The position numbers and the translations under genes are program-made. Positions 50,066 to 59,926 of a stretch of 64,000 nt of DNA are shown in pieces. Source of the DNA: an uncultured Chloroflexia bacterium (lineage in GTDB: Bacteria; Chloroflexota; Limnocylindria; Limnocylindrales; CSP1-4); contig CAVVJT010000007.1 in assembly GCA_963748625.1 (NCBI GenBank), forward strand, positions 1 to 64,000, given 5' to 3'. The number at the start of each line of letters is the position of its first letter. Position 1 is the first letter of the stretch. The notes below the pieces were generated by a model, which saw nothing but the letters and a program-made list of their open reading frames with translations, made no database searches and was not told where the DNA came from.

Positions 50066-51463
50066 ATGACACTTCCCGGGACGGACTGGCGCGCGGCGGT
50101 CGGTCGTGTGATCGGCGATCACGACGCGTTCGCCGCGGAGCTCGCAGCTCACCTCGAGGAACCGCTCGATGACCTGCGCGCCACGGTCCGGCTCTGGCTC
50201 CTGCTGCACAGCCTGCCGGCCACCATCCCGGAGGTCGAGGCCGCCACGGATCGCCTGCGCCGCCGCGCGTCGGAGCCGCAGCGCATCCGCCCGGAGCTGC
50301 TGGCGGCCAGCACCCTCGACGAGCTGTACGCACGGACGCTGGCCGAGCTGGAGGACCGGCCGTTCGACCCGGAGCTCGTGGTGGCGGTCCAGCAGACTGC
50401 CGGCGCGATCGCTGCCCGGACCGGACCCCGCCTGGTGCTGTTCCTCATCCGGCTCGCGTACGGGCGCCGGGCCATCTGGGAACGCTGCGTTGCGGAAGTG
50501 GAGGCGGGCAGGCTCGACCAGGCCATCCTCCACGAGCTCGGCCACTGGCTCCTGGTGTGGACCGAGATGACCTCGCTGGCGGTCACCGAGGGCTTCCGCG
50601 CCGCCGAGCGTGACATCCTCGCGCGTGACGCGGAGGCCCGCCGGGCCGCCCTCGACGAGCTGCTCGGGGTCATCACCGCAGACCCGCTGGGCTTCGCACG
50701 GACCCGCCGGGTGGCATCGCGCTTCGGGCTGGACCCGGACCGCACGTACCGCCTCGCGGTGGTGGCGCCCGGCCCCGACGCGGACCCCACGCCCCGGACG
50801 CCGGGCCTCGACCCCGCCGATCTCGAGCTCCTCGCGGGCCGCTTGGGCCACCTGCTCGGTGCGACGTCGTCGGCGGCGGAAGGGGCGGGATCTGGAATCC
50901 GGCTGCCCACCGTGCTGGCGATGCGCGGCCGGATCGTCGTGCTTGCAGCGGACGACGGCGCCGCGCTGCGCCGCCTGCCCGAGAGCATCGGGCAGGTGCT
51001 GGGCGCCGATGCCGGTGGTCGGGCCGCGCCATCGTGGCTGGCCATCGGATCCGCGCCAGTGGACGGGGTGGGTCCGCTCGCGGGCGTGCTGCTCGACCTG
51101 CTCGACGCCATCCGCACGGCCGACCTCATCGGCCGGCGGGGCTGGATCGCGGATCCCGAGGCGCTGGCCGTGGAGCGCCTGCTGCTCGCCAGCCGGGAGC
51201 TGGGCGCGGCGGCGGTGGAGCACGAGCTGGGCCCGCTGCTCGCCGACGAGCGCCTGGGCGAGGAGCTGGTGGAGACGCTCCAGGTCTACTTCGACTCCGG
51301 CGAGAACATGCGCGAGACCGCGCGGCGCCTGCACCTGGCCAACCGCACGGTCGCGTACCGGCTCGAGCGAATCGAATCGCTGCTCGGCGGGCCGTTCGAC
51401 GATGACCTGCGGCGTCGCCTCTCGGTCGCGCTCCTGGTGCGCAGGCTCGGCCCGACGAGGTAG
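50066..51463 (+). CDS. PucR/CdaR-family transcriptional regulator
   Basis: LVETLQVYF..N..ETARRLHLANRTVAYRLERI. Confidence 0.88.
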   Translation: MTLPGTDWRAAVGRVIGDHDAFAAELAAHLEEPLDDLRATVRLWLLLHSLPATIPEVEAATDRLRRRASEPQRIRPELLAASTLDELYARTLAELEDRPFDPELVVAVQQTAGAIAARTGPRLVLFLIRLAYGRRAIWERCVAEVEAGRLDQAILHELGHWLLVWTEMTSLAVTEGFRAAERDILARDAEARRAALDELLGVITADPLGFARTRRVASRFGLDPDRTYRLAVVAPGPDADPTPRTPGLDPADLELLAGRLGHLLGATSSAAEGAGSGIRLPTVLAMRGRIVVLAADDGAALRRLPESIGQVLGADAGGRAAPSWLAIGSAPVDGVGPLAGVLLDLLDAIRTADLIGRRGWIADPEALAVERLLLASRELGAAAVEHELGPLLADERLGEELVETLQVYFDSGENMRETARRLHLANRTVAYRLERIESLLGGPFDDDLRRRLSVALLVRRLGPTR

Positions 51464-51539
51464 GTGCGCGTCCCTGGTGCGCGCGGACGGCACGGGTTCG
51501 CTACCGTTCCACGATCGCGCGTCGGAGTTGGAGGGATCG

Positions 51540-52373
51540 ATGGACGGAACACCCGGGGGACCCCCGCCCGCCGCGGGCGGATGGCCCACGCCGCCGGGAA
51601 CGTCGCTGCCGCCGCCCGCGCCGGGTCCGCGTCCGCCCGCGCCGGCGCCTGCGTCGCCCGCCGCGCCGGCCCCCGTCGCCGTCGGGATCATGCCGCCGCC
51701 GGCCTCGACGCCCGCACCGGCATCGGATGACGGGGGTAGCCACCGCGGGATCGCGCTGCTCCTCGCCGCTGCCGCGGTCGTGGCAGCCATCGTGGCGGCC
51801 ATGTCGTCTGGACTCTCCAGCCAGGCGGGCGACGCGTGGCAGTCCGCCCTGCGCCTTGATGCCAAGCGGGCCGCCGCGGCCACCAACGACATCCAGTTCA
51901 TCTACCAGACCGAGATCCCCCAGGCCATGGCCGTCCTGAGCGCGCGACTCCAGGAGGCACGGCTGCGCGAGGCCGCTGCGGGCGCGACGGGTGACGTCGC
52001 CGCCGCGCTCCTGGTGGAGGCCGACGCCCAGAAGGGGGTCGCCGACACCATTGCCGCCACGATCCCCCTCGTCGCCGACGACACCTATCTGCTGCCGGGC
52101 GGAGCGCGCAATCTCTCGGCCCGCCTCGCGGACAAGCGGATGGAGTACCCGGACCTGGTTGCGATCGACCCCGAGGCGCAGCAGGCCGAGGGCGACGCCC
52201 TCGCGGCCCAGGCTTCGTCGCTGACCCTGGCCCTCTGGCCGCTCGCGTTCGCGGCCATGTTCGGGGCGCTCGCGGAGCCGTTCCGGCGCCAGCGCCGCCT
52301 GCTGCTCGCCCTGGGCACGGCGAGCTTCGGCGCCGGCGTGGTCGTGGCGCTCATGACGGGGGTGCTCGGATGA
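51540..52373 (+). CDS. Membrane protein with Pro-rich N-terminus
   Basis: One N-terminal and two C-terminal TM segments; GGAGG RBS. Confidence 0.7.
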   Translation: MDGTPGGPPPAAGGWPTPPGTSLPPPAPGPRPPAPAPASPAAPAPVAVGIMPPPASTPAPASDDGGSHRGIALLLAAAAVVAAIVAAMSSGLSSQAGDAWQSALRLDAKRAAAATNDIQFIYQTEIPQAMAVLSARLQEARLREAAAGATGDVAAALLVEADAQKGVADTIAATIPLVADDTYLLPGGARNLSARLADKRMEYPDLVAIDPEAQQAEGDALAAQASSLTLALWPLAFAAMFGALAEPFRRQRRLLLALGTASFGAGVVVALMTGVLG

Positions 52374-53032
52374 TCGAGATCGAGAACGCCAGCCGCTGGA
52401 GCGGTGGCGTGGCCTACGACAAGGTCGCCACGCTGCTGATCGGCATGGTCGCGATCATGGCGGCGACCTTCGCGATCCAGCAGGCGCACTTCGGGCTGGC
52501 CGGGCAGCACGCCCAGGTCTCGGCCGCCCGCCTCTCCGCGGACGCGGCCACCAAGATCGCCACCTCGTCCACGGTCATGGGCGCCCTCCTCGGGGCGCAG
52601 CAGCAGGCGCTGCTGGTGGGCATGGAGGGCGTGTCACGGCAGATCTCCGGCACGGGCTCCGGCGACGAGGCCTTCGTCGCGATCGGCGGAGCCCAGCAGG
52701 CCGCATCCGACGACCTGCGGGCACTCCTCGACGCGTCCGGCGCCACGTCCGGCAAGGCGCCGCTCGATGCCTACACCGCGGGCCTCGTGACCGCGAACAA
52801 CGCGGGCCTCGCAGTCGAGGTGCAGGAGCAGAACCGGCAGGTGGACATCGCGGAGGACATGGGAGGCCGCGAGCAGCTGGCGGTGCTGGGGTTGTCGCTC
52901 GTGACGCTGGCCGGCGTGCTAGCCGGCGTCGCGGCGGTGCTCCGGCGCGGGCGCGCCGGCTGGGCGATGCTGATCACGGGCTGGTCCGTCGTCGGCGTGG
53001 CGGCCCTCGTCGCGATCGCGGCGCTCATCTAG
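52370..53032 (+). CDS. Membrane protein with the same 1+2 TM layout as the upstream gene
   Basis: ATGA overlap; hydrophobic segments. Confidence 0.7.
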   Translation: MIEIENASRWSGGVAYDKVATLLIGMVAIMAATFAIQQAHFGLAGQHAQVSAARLSADAATKIATSSTVMGALLGAQQQALLVGMEGVSRQISGTGSGDEAFVAIGGAQQAASDDLRALLDASGATSGKAPLDAYTAGLVTANNAGLAVEVQEQNRQVDIAEDMGGREQLAVLGLSLVTLAGVLAGVAAVLRRGRAGWAMLITGWSVVGVAALVAIAALI

Positions 53033-53034
53033 TC

Positions 53035-54066
53035 ATGCGCACCATCGACTGGGTTGACGGCTCCATCCATCTCATCGACCAGACCCGCCTGCCCCACGAG
53101 GTTGTCGTTCTCGAGATCCGGGACGTGGACACCCTGATCGACGCGATCACGCGCCTAGCGGTGCGCGGGGCTCCGGCCCTGGGCGTTGCCGGCGGTTTCG
53201 GGGTCGCGCTGCTGGCGGCCGGCGGGGCGGCCGGCGGGGCGGATCGCGCGGGGGTCAGGGAGGGTGCCGCCCGCCTTCGCGCCGCCCGGCCGACGGCGGT
53301 GAACCTCGCCTGGGGCGTCGATCGCGCCCTCGCCCGTCTCGACGACGGGCCGGCCGCGGTGCTCGCGGAGGCGTGTGCCATCCGGGACGAGGACATCGCC
53401 GCCTGTGCCGCGATGGCTGCCCGTGGCGCCGACCTCGTCCAGGAGCTCGTCCGCGAGCGATCGGGGCGCGAGCGGGTCCGCGTCATGACCATCTGCAACA
53501 CGGGGGCGCTCGCCGCCGTTGAACGGGGCACGGCGCTGGGTGTCGTCGGCGAGCTGCACGCCCGTGGGGTCCTCGATGAGGTCCTGCCGCTCGAGACGCG
53601 ACCACTGCTGCAGGGGGCCCGCCTCACCGCCTGGGAGCTGGCGCAGATGGGGGCGCCCTTCCGCCTCCTGCCCGACGGCGCCGCGGCGTCGGTCCTCGCC
53701 CGGGGGCTCGCGGATGTCGTCCTCATCGGGGCCGACCGGATCGCGGCCAACGGTGACACCGCCAACAAGATCGGGTCGTTCGCCCTGTGCCTGGGCGCCC
53801 GATATGCCGGCGTGCCTGCGCTTGCGATCGCGCCTGAGACCACGATCGACCTGGCCACGCCCGATGGGAGCGCGATCGAGATCGAGGAGCGGAGCGCCGC
53901 CGAGGTCACGACGTTCGCGGGCGTCCGCACCGCGCCCGAGGGGACCCGCACGCTGAACCCGGCCTTCGACGTGACGCCGGCAGAGCTGCTGGTCGCGGTG
54001 GTGACCGACCGGCGCGTGATCCGGCTCGACCGCGGCGAGCGCCCGAGCGACCCGCTCTCCGGCTGA
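53035..54066 (+). CDS. mtnA: S-methyl-5-thioribose-1-phosphate isomerase
   Basis: DQTRLP, VRGAPA, RPTAVNL, CNTGALA, ETRPLLQGARLT, GADRI..NGDTANKIG, NPAFDVTP. Confidence 0.95.
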   Translation: MRTIDWVDGSIHLIDQTRLPHEVVVLEIRDVDTLIDAITRLAVRGAPALGVAGGFGVALLAAGGAAGGADRAGVREGAARLRAARPTAVNLAWGVDRALARLDDGPAAVLAEACAIRDEDIAACAAMAARGADLVQELVRERSGRERVRVMTICNTGALAAVERGTALGVVGELHARGVLDEVLPLETRPLLQGARLTAWELAQMGAPFRLLPDGAAASVLARGLADVVLIGADRIAANGDTANKIGSFALCLGARYAGVPALAIAPETTIDLATPDGSAIEIEERSAAEVTTFAGVRTAPEGTRTLNPAFDVTPAELLVAVVTDRRVIRLDRGERPSDPLSG

Positions 54067-54316
54067 GGTCTGGCCGATCAGCCCACAGGGCGCCCGTGGG
54101 GTGCACTCCCGCGAGCCCGGCTCCGGCGGGCCCGGCTCCCGCCCGGGGCCGGCTCCCGCCCGGGGCCCGGCTCTCGCCGGGCCGCGCCCTGGCCGCGCAT
54201 GGGGCCCGGCTCCCGCGGGCCCTCGCCGCGCATGGGTCGCGCATGGGGCCCGGCTCTCGCCCGGGCCGCGCCCTGGCCGCGCATGGGTCGCGCATGGCCG
54301 GGGTGTTGCCCGCCAG

Positions 54317-54444
54317 GCAGCGAAACCCCGCATCCAGGGCTCGCCGGCGGCCAGTTGCGGGTCAGTGTTGCGTACCAGGCCGCGCAAGCCCGCAAACGGG
54401 CGATCCCGGGTGGGTCAAGGGGCGCGGATGCGGGGTTCCGTTGC
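54317..54444. repeat. Solo inverted-repeat element flanked by GC-rich tandem repeats
   Basis: GCAGCGAAACCCCGCATCC ... GGATGCGGGGTTCCGTTGC. Confidence 0.55.
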
Positions 54445-54719
54445 GTTGGAGTCCGAGGGCCGGGCCGACGGAGGGTGCGGACCGTGGCAACGCCGCGCCC
54501 GTCATCTCCCGGCGTCATGGCAACGCAGGTGAGGGTTGACAGCAACGCGCGTTGCTCGTTGCAACGTCCGTCGCCCTTTGACACCACCAGCGTTGGGAAT
54601 CTTGGGCACCACCGCTGGTCTGCAAGGGTGCCGATGCGATCTACCGGGTGACCCTCAAACCCTCGACCATCACCCCATCGACTGCAAGTGGCGGCCGATG
54701 GATGGCGGGAGTGGTGGAG

Positions 54720-55055
54720 ATGCGTATCAACGACCTGGCGGAGAACATGGCAATGATCGTGCCGATGTTGCTCCTCCTCGAGGCGGTCGTCGCCATCATC
54801 GTATGGTTTGCTTACGGCTCCAAAGGCGGCCGTGCCGCCCGGGTCGCCGCCTGGCTGGGCCTCACGACCCTCACCTTCTGGGTGGGCAGCGGGATCGCGT
54901 TCGTCGGTCTGAACCTCGTCTACTTCTCGCTCGGCTCCACGGCCACGATCATCGCGGCGATCATCGTCACGGTCTTCATGGTGGCGATGCCGTTCGGATG
55001 GGCCTACGTCGTGCGCCACCACGGGCGCGACGAGACCAGCGCCCAGCAGCACTGA
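54720..55055 (+). CDS. Small 3-TM membrane protein
   Basis: Hydrophobic segments; high GC3. Confidence 0.7.
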   Translation: MRINDLAENMAMIVPMLLLLEAVVAIIVWFAYGSKGGRAARVAAWLGLTTLTFWVGSGIAFVGLNLVYFSLGSTATIIAAIIVTVFMVAMPFGWAYVVRHHGRDETSAQQH

Positions 55056-55069
55056 GCCACGACGCCCGC

Positions 55070-55786
55070 ATGACCACCGTCCGCGAGCCCAAGGCCGAGG
55101 GTTCCCAGCGTGGGACCCCGCTGGGCGTGATGCTCGCCATCGTCGACTTCCCGATGCTCAGCACCGCGCTCCGCAGCGTCATCGACCAGGAGCAGGACAT
55201 GCGCATCGTCGGCCAGGTGACCGACCGCGAGACCCTCACCGACCAGCTCCGCACCGCCAGCCCCGACGTCGTCGTCCTCGAGTGCGAGAGCGTCGGCAGC
55301 TACGGGTGCGGGACGTACGAGGCGATCGAGGCGATCCGGGCCGTGTGCCCGAACACCAAGATCATCGCGCTCGACTGCCGCTGCGCCGACGAGCAGTTCT
55401 CCGTGGCCCTCAAGGCCGGCGCCAACGGGTTCCTCACCCGCGAGGCGCAGCAGGCCGACGTGGTGGCCGCCGTCCGCGGTGTCGCCGCAGGCCACACGTA
55501 CGTGAGCCCCGCGATCGTCACCCGCATGGTGGACACCTACGTCCGCAAGAGCCCCGACGCCGCCCTTGACGACCCCTATGAGGGCCTGTCCGAGCGCGAG
55601 CGCCAGATCCTGCTGCTGGCCGCCATGGGCCACACCAACAAGGACATCGCCCGGACCCTCCACCTGTCCGAGCAGACCGTCCACAACAATCGCGCGAACG
55701 TGATGGAGAAGCTCGGCCTGCACGACAGGGTCGAGCTCCTCCGCTACACGGTCCGGCGCGGCCTGCTGAACCCCTCGACCCTATGA
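55070..55786 (+). CDS. NarL/LuxR-family response regulator (atypical receiver)
   Basis: AGANGFL, YVSP, LSERERQIL..GHTNKDIA..LSEQTV..KLGL. Confidence 0.9.
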   Translation: MTTVREPKAEGSQRGTPLGVMLAIVDFPMLSTALRSVIDQEQDMRIVGQVTDRETLTDQLRTASPDVVVLECESVGSYGCGTYEAIEAIRAVCPNTKIIALDCRCADEQFSVALKAGANGFLTREAQQADVVAAVRGVAAGHTYVSPAIVTRMVDTYVRKSPDAALDDPYEGLSERERQILLLAAMGHTNKDIARTLHLSEQTVHNNRANVMEKLGLHDRVELLRYTVRRGLLNPSTL

Positions 55787-56493
55787 AGACCCCGAAGACC
55801 CTGGGCGCCGCCTGGAACCGCATCCGGCCGCGCACACGCAAGGCCCGCGTCCTGTTCGCCCTCGGCTCGCTCGTCGGGCTGGTCATCCTCTCGGGTGCCC
55901 TGTTCGTCGGCGGCGCGATGGCGTGGGATCCGTACCTCCAGTTCAGCGTCGACCACAGCGTCAACGAGCGCGAGTGGGCCGGCCTTGAGATCGCCTACAC
56001 GGATGTCGCCACGTGCGCCGAGTGCCACGAGCCCGAGCACGCGAAGCTGGTCTCCGCCACCCACGCGAAGATCGGCTGCGAGAGCTGCCACAGCGCGCTG
56101 GCCGAGCACGTCGCGCAGGGGACCGACGCGAGCTCCGACACGGTCGCCGAGAAGAAGCCGACCGAGGAGACCTGCCACCGCTGCCACACGGCAGCCGTCG
56201 GCCGGCCCGAAGGCTTCCGCGACATCACGCCGTCCGAGCACTACACCAGCGACTGCCTCGCCTGCCATGACCCGCACACGGGCATCTCGCAGCGGCCACC
56301 GGTCGTCATGCACCCGCTCGACGACCTGCCCCTGTGCATCACGTGCCACGGCCCCGAGGGGTTCAAGGCCCGCAATCAGCGCCACCCCGAGGCCAGCGAG
56401 GACGACCAGGGCTGTCTCGAGTGCCATGCCGCAGGCCGGGGCAAGGGCGACGCCGAGGACGGCACCGACAGCAACCAGGACGCAGACGAATGA
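55783..56493 (+). CDS. Membrane-anchored hexaheme cytochrome c
   Basis: N-terminal TM; CAECH, CESCH, CHRCH, CLACH, CITCH, CLECH. Confidence 0.9.
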   Translation: MKTPKTLGAAWNRIRPRTRKARVLFALGSLVGLVILSGALFVGGAMAWDPYLQFSVDHSVNEREWAGLEIAYTDVATCAECHEPEHAKLVSATHAKIGCESCHSALAEHVAQGTDASSDTVAEKKPTEETCHRCHTAAVGRPEGFRDITPSEHYTSDCLACHDPHTGISQRPPVVMHPLDDLPLCITCHGPEGFKARNQRHPEASEDDQGCLECHAAGRGKGDAEDGTDSNQDADE

Positions 56494-57377
56494 ACGACCC
56501 GCAGGTCCCGGTCGATGCAGACCTCGTCCCGCTCGAGCAGCTCGCCCCCGCCATCTCCACGATCTCCACGAGCCGCCGACGGTTCCTCGGCTTCGGGCTG
56601 ACCATTGGCATCGCCGCCGCCTGCACCGCGGCGGCCGCGAAGTTCTTCCCGGTCTTCGCCGAGGAGACACCCGACACCACGCCGATCGTGCCCACCTACG
56701 ACGCGGCCAGCGCCAGCTGGACGTTCGTGGTCGACACCTCCCTCTGCATCGGCTGCGGCCTCTGCGCCGTGGCGTGCAAGGAGGAGAACCACGTCCCCGA
56801 GGAGCCGATCTACAACCGGACCTGGATCGAGCGCCACGTCATCACCACCGACGGCGAGCTCTTCATCGACTCCCCCGACGGCGGCATCGACGGCTTCCCG
56901 CCCGAGTCCACGGCCCCCGGCGCCGCCGGCAAGCAGGTCGAGGAGTCCTACTTCGTCCCGCGCCTGTGCATGCAGTGCGCGGACTCCCCGTGCACGAAGG
57001 TGTGCCCGGTGAGCGCGACCTACCACACCCCCGAGGGCGTGATCCTGGTGGACGCCCGCCGGTGCATCGGCTGCGGCTACTGCCTCATCGCGTGCCCGTA
57101 CGGTGCGCGGTACATCACGCCGGCCGGCGAGACGGTCCCCAACGACATGCCCGGCGTGGCCGACAAGTGCACCTGGTGCTACCACCGCACGAGCGAGGGC
57201 AAGAAGCCCGCCTGCGTCGAGGTCTGCCCGGTCGGCTCGCGCCAGTGGGGTGATGCCAGCAACCCCGATGATCCGATCACCGCCATCGTCAAGGAGGGCG
57301 CGGGCAAGCAGCTCTGGCCCGAGTACGGCACACAGCCCCGCGTCCTCTACCTCGGCCCCGTGAACGATGAGGCCTGA
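56490..57377 (+). CDS. Tat-exported 4x[4Fe-4S] protein (NrfC/DmsB family)
   Basis: SRRRFL; CIGCGLC..C, CMQC..PC..VCP, CIGCGYC..ACP, KCTWC..PACVEVCP. Confidence 0.92.
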   Translation: MNDPQVPVDADLVPLEQLAPAISTISTSRRRFLGFGLTIGIAAACTAAAAKFFPVFAEETPDTTPIVPTYDAASASWTFVVDTSLCIGCGLCAVACKEENHVPEEPIYNRTWIERHVITTDGELFIDSPDGGIDGFPPESTAPGAAGKQVEESYFVPRLCMQCADSPCTKVCPVSATYHTPEGVILVDARRCIGCGYCLIACPYGARYITPAGETVPNDMPGVADKCTWCYHRTSEGKKPACVEVCPVGSRQWGDASNPDDPITAIVKEGAGKQLWPEYGTQPRVLYLGPVNDEA

Positions 57378-57380
57378 GCG

Positions 57381-58891
57381 ATGACCGTCACCACCAAGCC
57401 CCTGACGCTCGGCCTGCTGGGCTACCAGATCCCGCTCAGCCCGCGCGCCCTGGCCCGTGCCCTCGTCATCGAGGTCCGCTCCATGCCCGTGGCCCTGCAG
57501 GCCTGGTTCGGGCTCCTCTTCGCCATCCTGGCCGTGTTCGCCCTGGCCGCCGTGGTCGCAATCCCGCCCGGTTGGGAGGTCTTCGGGACCAGCCCCAGCT
57601 TCGAGTGGGGCATGATGATCATCGGGTACGTGTTCTTCGCGATCATGACGAGCGGCCTGTGCCTCTCGGCGTCGCTGGGCACGGTGTTCGGAATCCAGCG
57701 CTTCCGCCCGTTCGAGAAGCGCCATGCGATCCTCGCGCTCCTCTCGCTGACGACCGCGTTCCTGATCATCGCGCTGGACCTGCACTACCCGGTCCGGATG
57801 ATCTTCGGAGCGGTCTTCGTGCCGTCACCCGAGTCCCCCATGTGGTGGATGGGCGTCTTCTACGGCCTGTACCTCGTGGTCCTCATCATCGAGGTGTGGA
57901 CGCTGTTCACGCCCCATCCGAAGATCCACCTCATCGCCTGCACCGCGTGCGCCATCACGGCGGTCGCCGCGCCGTCGACCCTCGGCCTGGTGTTCGGCTA
58001 CGTCGGCGCCAAGGCCTTCTGGGCCGGCATCTGGACGCCGATCCAGATGATCGCCACGGCCGTCCTGCTGGGCACCGCGGTCCTGGGCATCGTCTTCTAC
58101 CTGGTCCACCGGCTCAAGCTGGCGGACTGGAAGACCGCGGCGCCCGTCGCCCTCCCGTCGGTGCGGCTCCTGATGCTCATCGCCATCGCGGTCGCCGGCG
58201 CCCTGCTGGTCCGCCAGGCCGCGGTCGGTCTCGAGGGCGACGTGCGCGGCCTCCGCGAGGCGACCCTGGCCTGGATCACGGGACCGCTGGCGCTCGGCTT
58301 CTGGGCGCGCGTGATGATCGGCCTGGTCATCCCGGCGATCCTGATCATCCTGCCGATCTCGAAGAAGCCCGAGATGACGCTGGCCATCGCCATCATGATC
58401 CTGCTCGGCGTCTTCCTCGACCGGTACCTGTTCGTGATCGCCGGCCAGATCTACCCGATGACGTCCCAGTCGGGCATCGTCTCGCAGCCCTACGCCGAGT
58501 ACTCCCCGACGGTCGTCGAGATGGTGATCATCGCTGGCGGGTTCGCCTTCATGGCGCTGATGTACACGCTCGCTGAGCGGTACCTGGACATGGGCCACGG
58601 CGGCGAGCACATCTTCTGGCCCTGGCCCTGGATCAAGGACCAGGACATCCACGATCCCGAGGACCACGAGGTCCACCACTCGCGCCACGGGCACGACGTG
58701 CACGAGGCCGACCAGGAGCCGGTGGTCGAGCCGAGCACGAGGCCGACCAGGAGCCGGTGCTCGAGCCGGCCGCCGCCGTCGCTCTTCCCGCCACCGTCGC
58801 CGTGCCGGCCGCCGTCGCTCTTCCCGCCGCCGTCGCCGTGCCGGCCGCCGTCGTCCATCCCGCCACCGCAGCGGCTGGAGCCGACCGGTGA
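57381..58891 (+). CDS. NrfD/PsrC-family membrane quinol oxidoreductase subunit; tail frameshift near 58735
   Basis: WGMMIIGYVFF, LDL..P.R, SPMWW, many TMs; the alternate-frame stop overlaps the next GTG. Confidence 0.9.
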
Positions 58892-59595
58892 TCGCCAGGT
58901 ACGCCTTCCGGATTGCCGTGGCGCTCCTGACGGTCGGGATCCTCGTCCTGGGGTCGTTCCTTGTGGTGGTCGCCATCCCGGACATCGCCGGCCAGACGGC
59001 GGTGGTCGAGTCGCCCTCACCCGAACCTACCGCGTCGGGCAAGTCCGCGATGGGCCTGTCGCCGGTGGGCATTGAGATGCCGACCGACACGGACTGCGAC
59101 GCCTGCCACGTGACGACTACCGGCCTCGTTGGCACCAAGCCGATCCCGCCGATGGCGCACCCGCTCCTCGGCTGGCGCAACTGCACCGCGTGCCACTCGC
59201 TGGGGAGCCTGGTCACCACCGCTCCGGGCCACTCGAGCCTGCACAAGGACGAGTGCCTGATCTGCCACCAGACCGCGGTCGCCGCCGGTGCCGCGACCAA
59301 GGCGCCGATGCGACCAGAGCACATGGCCGAAGGCGGCGAGCAGTGCACCTCATGCCACGGCGTCGATGAGCACGCGCCGATGCCCGATTCGATGAAGGAC
59401 CGTGGCGGCAACTGCTGGATCTGCCACAACGGCGAGGAGTTCACGTACCTGTTCGAGGAGTCGTCACCGGCGGTCGAGGAGTCCTCACCGGCGGTCGAGG
59501 CAGAGGGCTCCTCCACGCCGGCCCCGTCCGCGGGGACCGGCTCCACGGTCGGCGACGGCCCGCTCTACGCCCTGGACGTTCGCCGGGTCCCCTGA
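58888..59595 (+). CDS. Membrane-anchored pentaheme cytochrome c
   Basis: CDACH, CTACH, CLICH, CTSCH, CWICH. Confidence 0.9.
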   Translation: MIARYAFRIAVALLTVGILVLGSFLVVVAIPDIAGQTAVVESPSPEPTASGKSAMGLSPVGIEMPTDTDCDACHVTTTGLVGTKPIPPMAHPLLGWRNCTACHSLGSLVTTAPGHSSLHKDECLICHQTAVAAGAATKAPMRPEHMAEGGEQCTSCHGVDEHAPMPDSMKDRGGNCWICHNGEEFTYLFEESSPAVEESSPAVEAEGSSTPAPSAGTGSTVGDGPLYALDVRRVP

Positions 59596-59604
59596 CCGCT
59601 GAGG

Positions 59605-59736
59605 TACCGGCGCGTCGTCGGCACCGGGCGGCGTGCGTGGGCACCGGCGCGTCGTCGGCACCGGGCGGCGTGCGTCGCGCACCGGGCGGCGTGCGCGCGA
59701 CCGGGCGGCGTCGTCGGCACCGGGCGGCGTGCGCGC
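59605..59736. repeat. GC-rich degenerate tandem repeat (GCACCGGGCGGCGTGCG units)
   Basis: Directly visible between convergent genes. Confidence 0.7.
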
Positions 59737-59926
59737 GAAGCAATACCCTCGGGCCTGAGTGTCGTCGCGTTGCGTGCGGAGCACCGTCACGGTGGCCTCC
59801 GGGGCTCCTGCCGGTCTCGGGGCGTTGTTGCTGTGCACCGGCGGCAACGGCGCGTCAGAAGCGGTCGGATCTATTGCCTGCGGTGCACGGCCCGATGGCC
59901 GGCGCGGATCCGGGTCAGGCCCGGCG

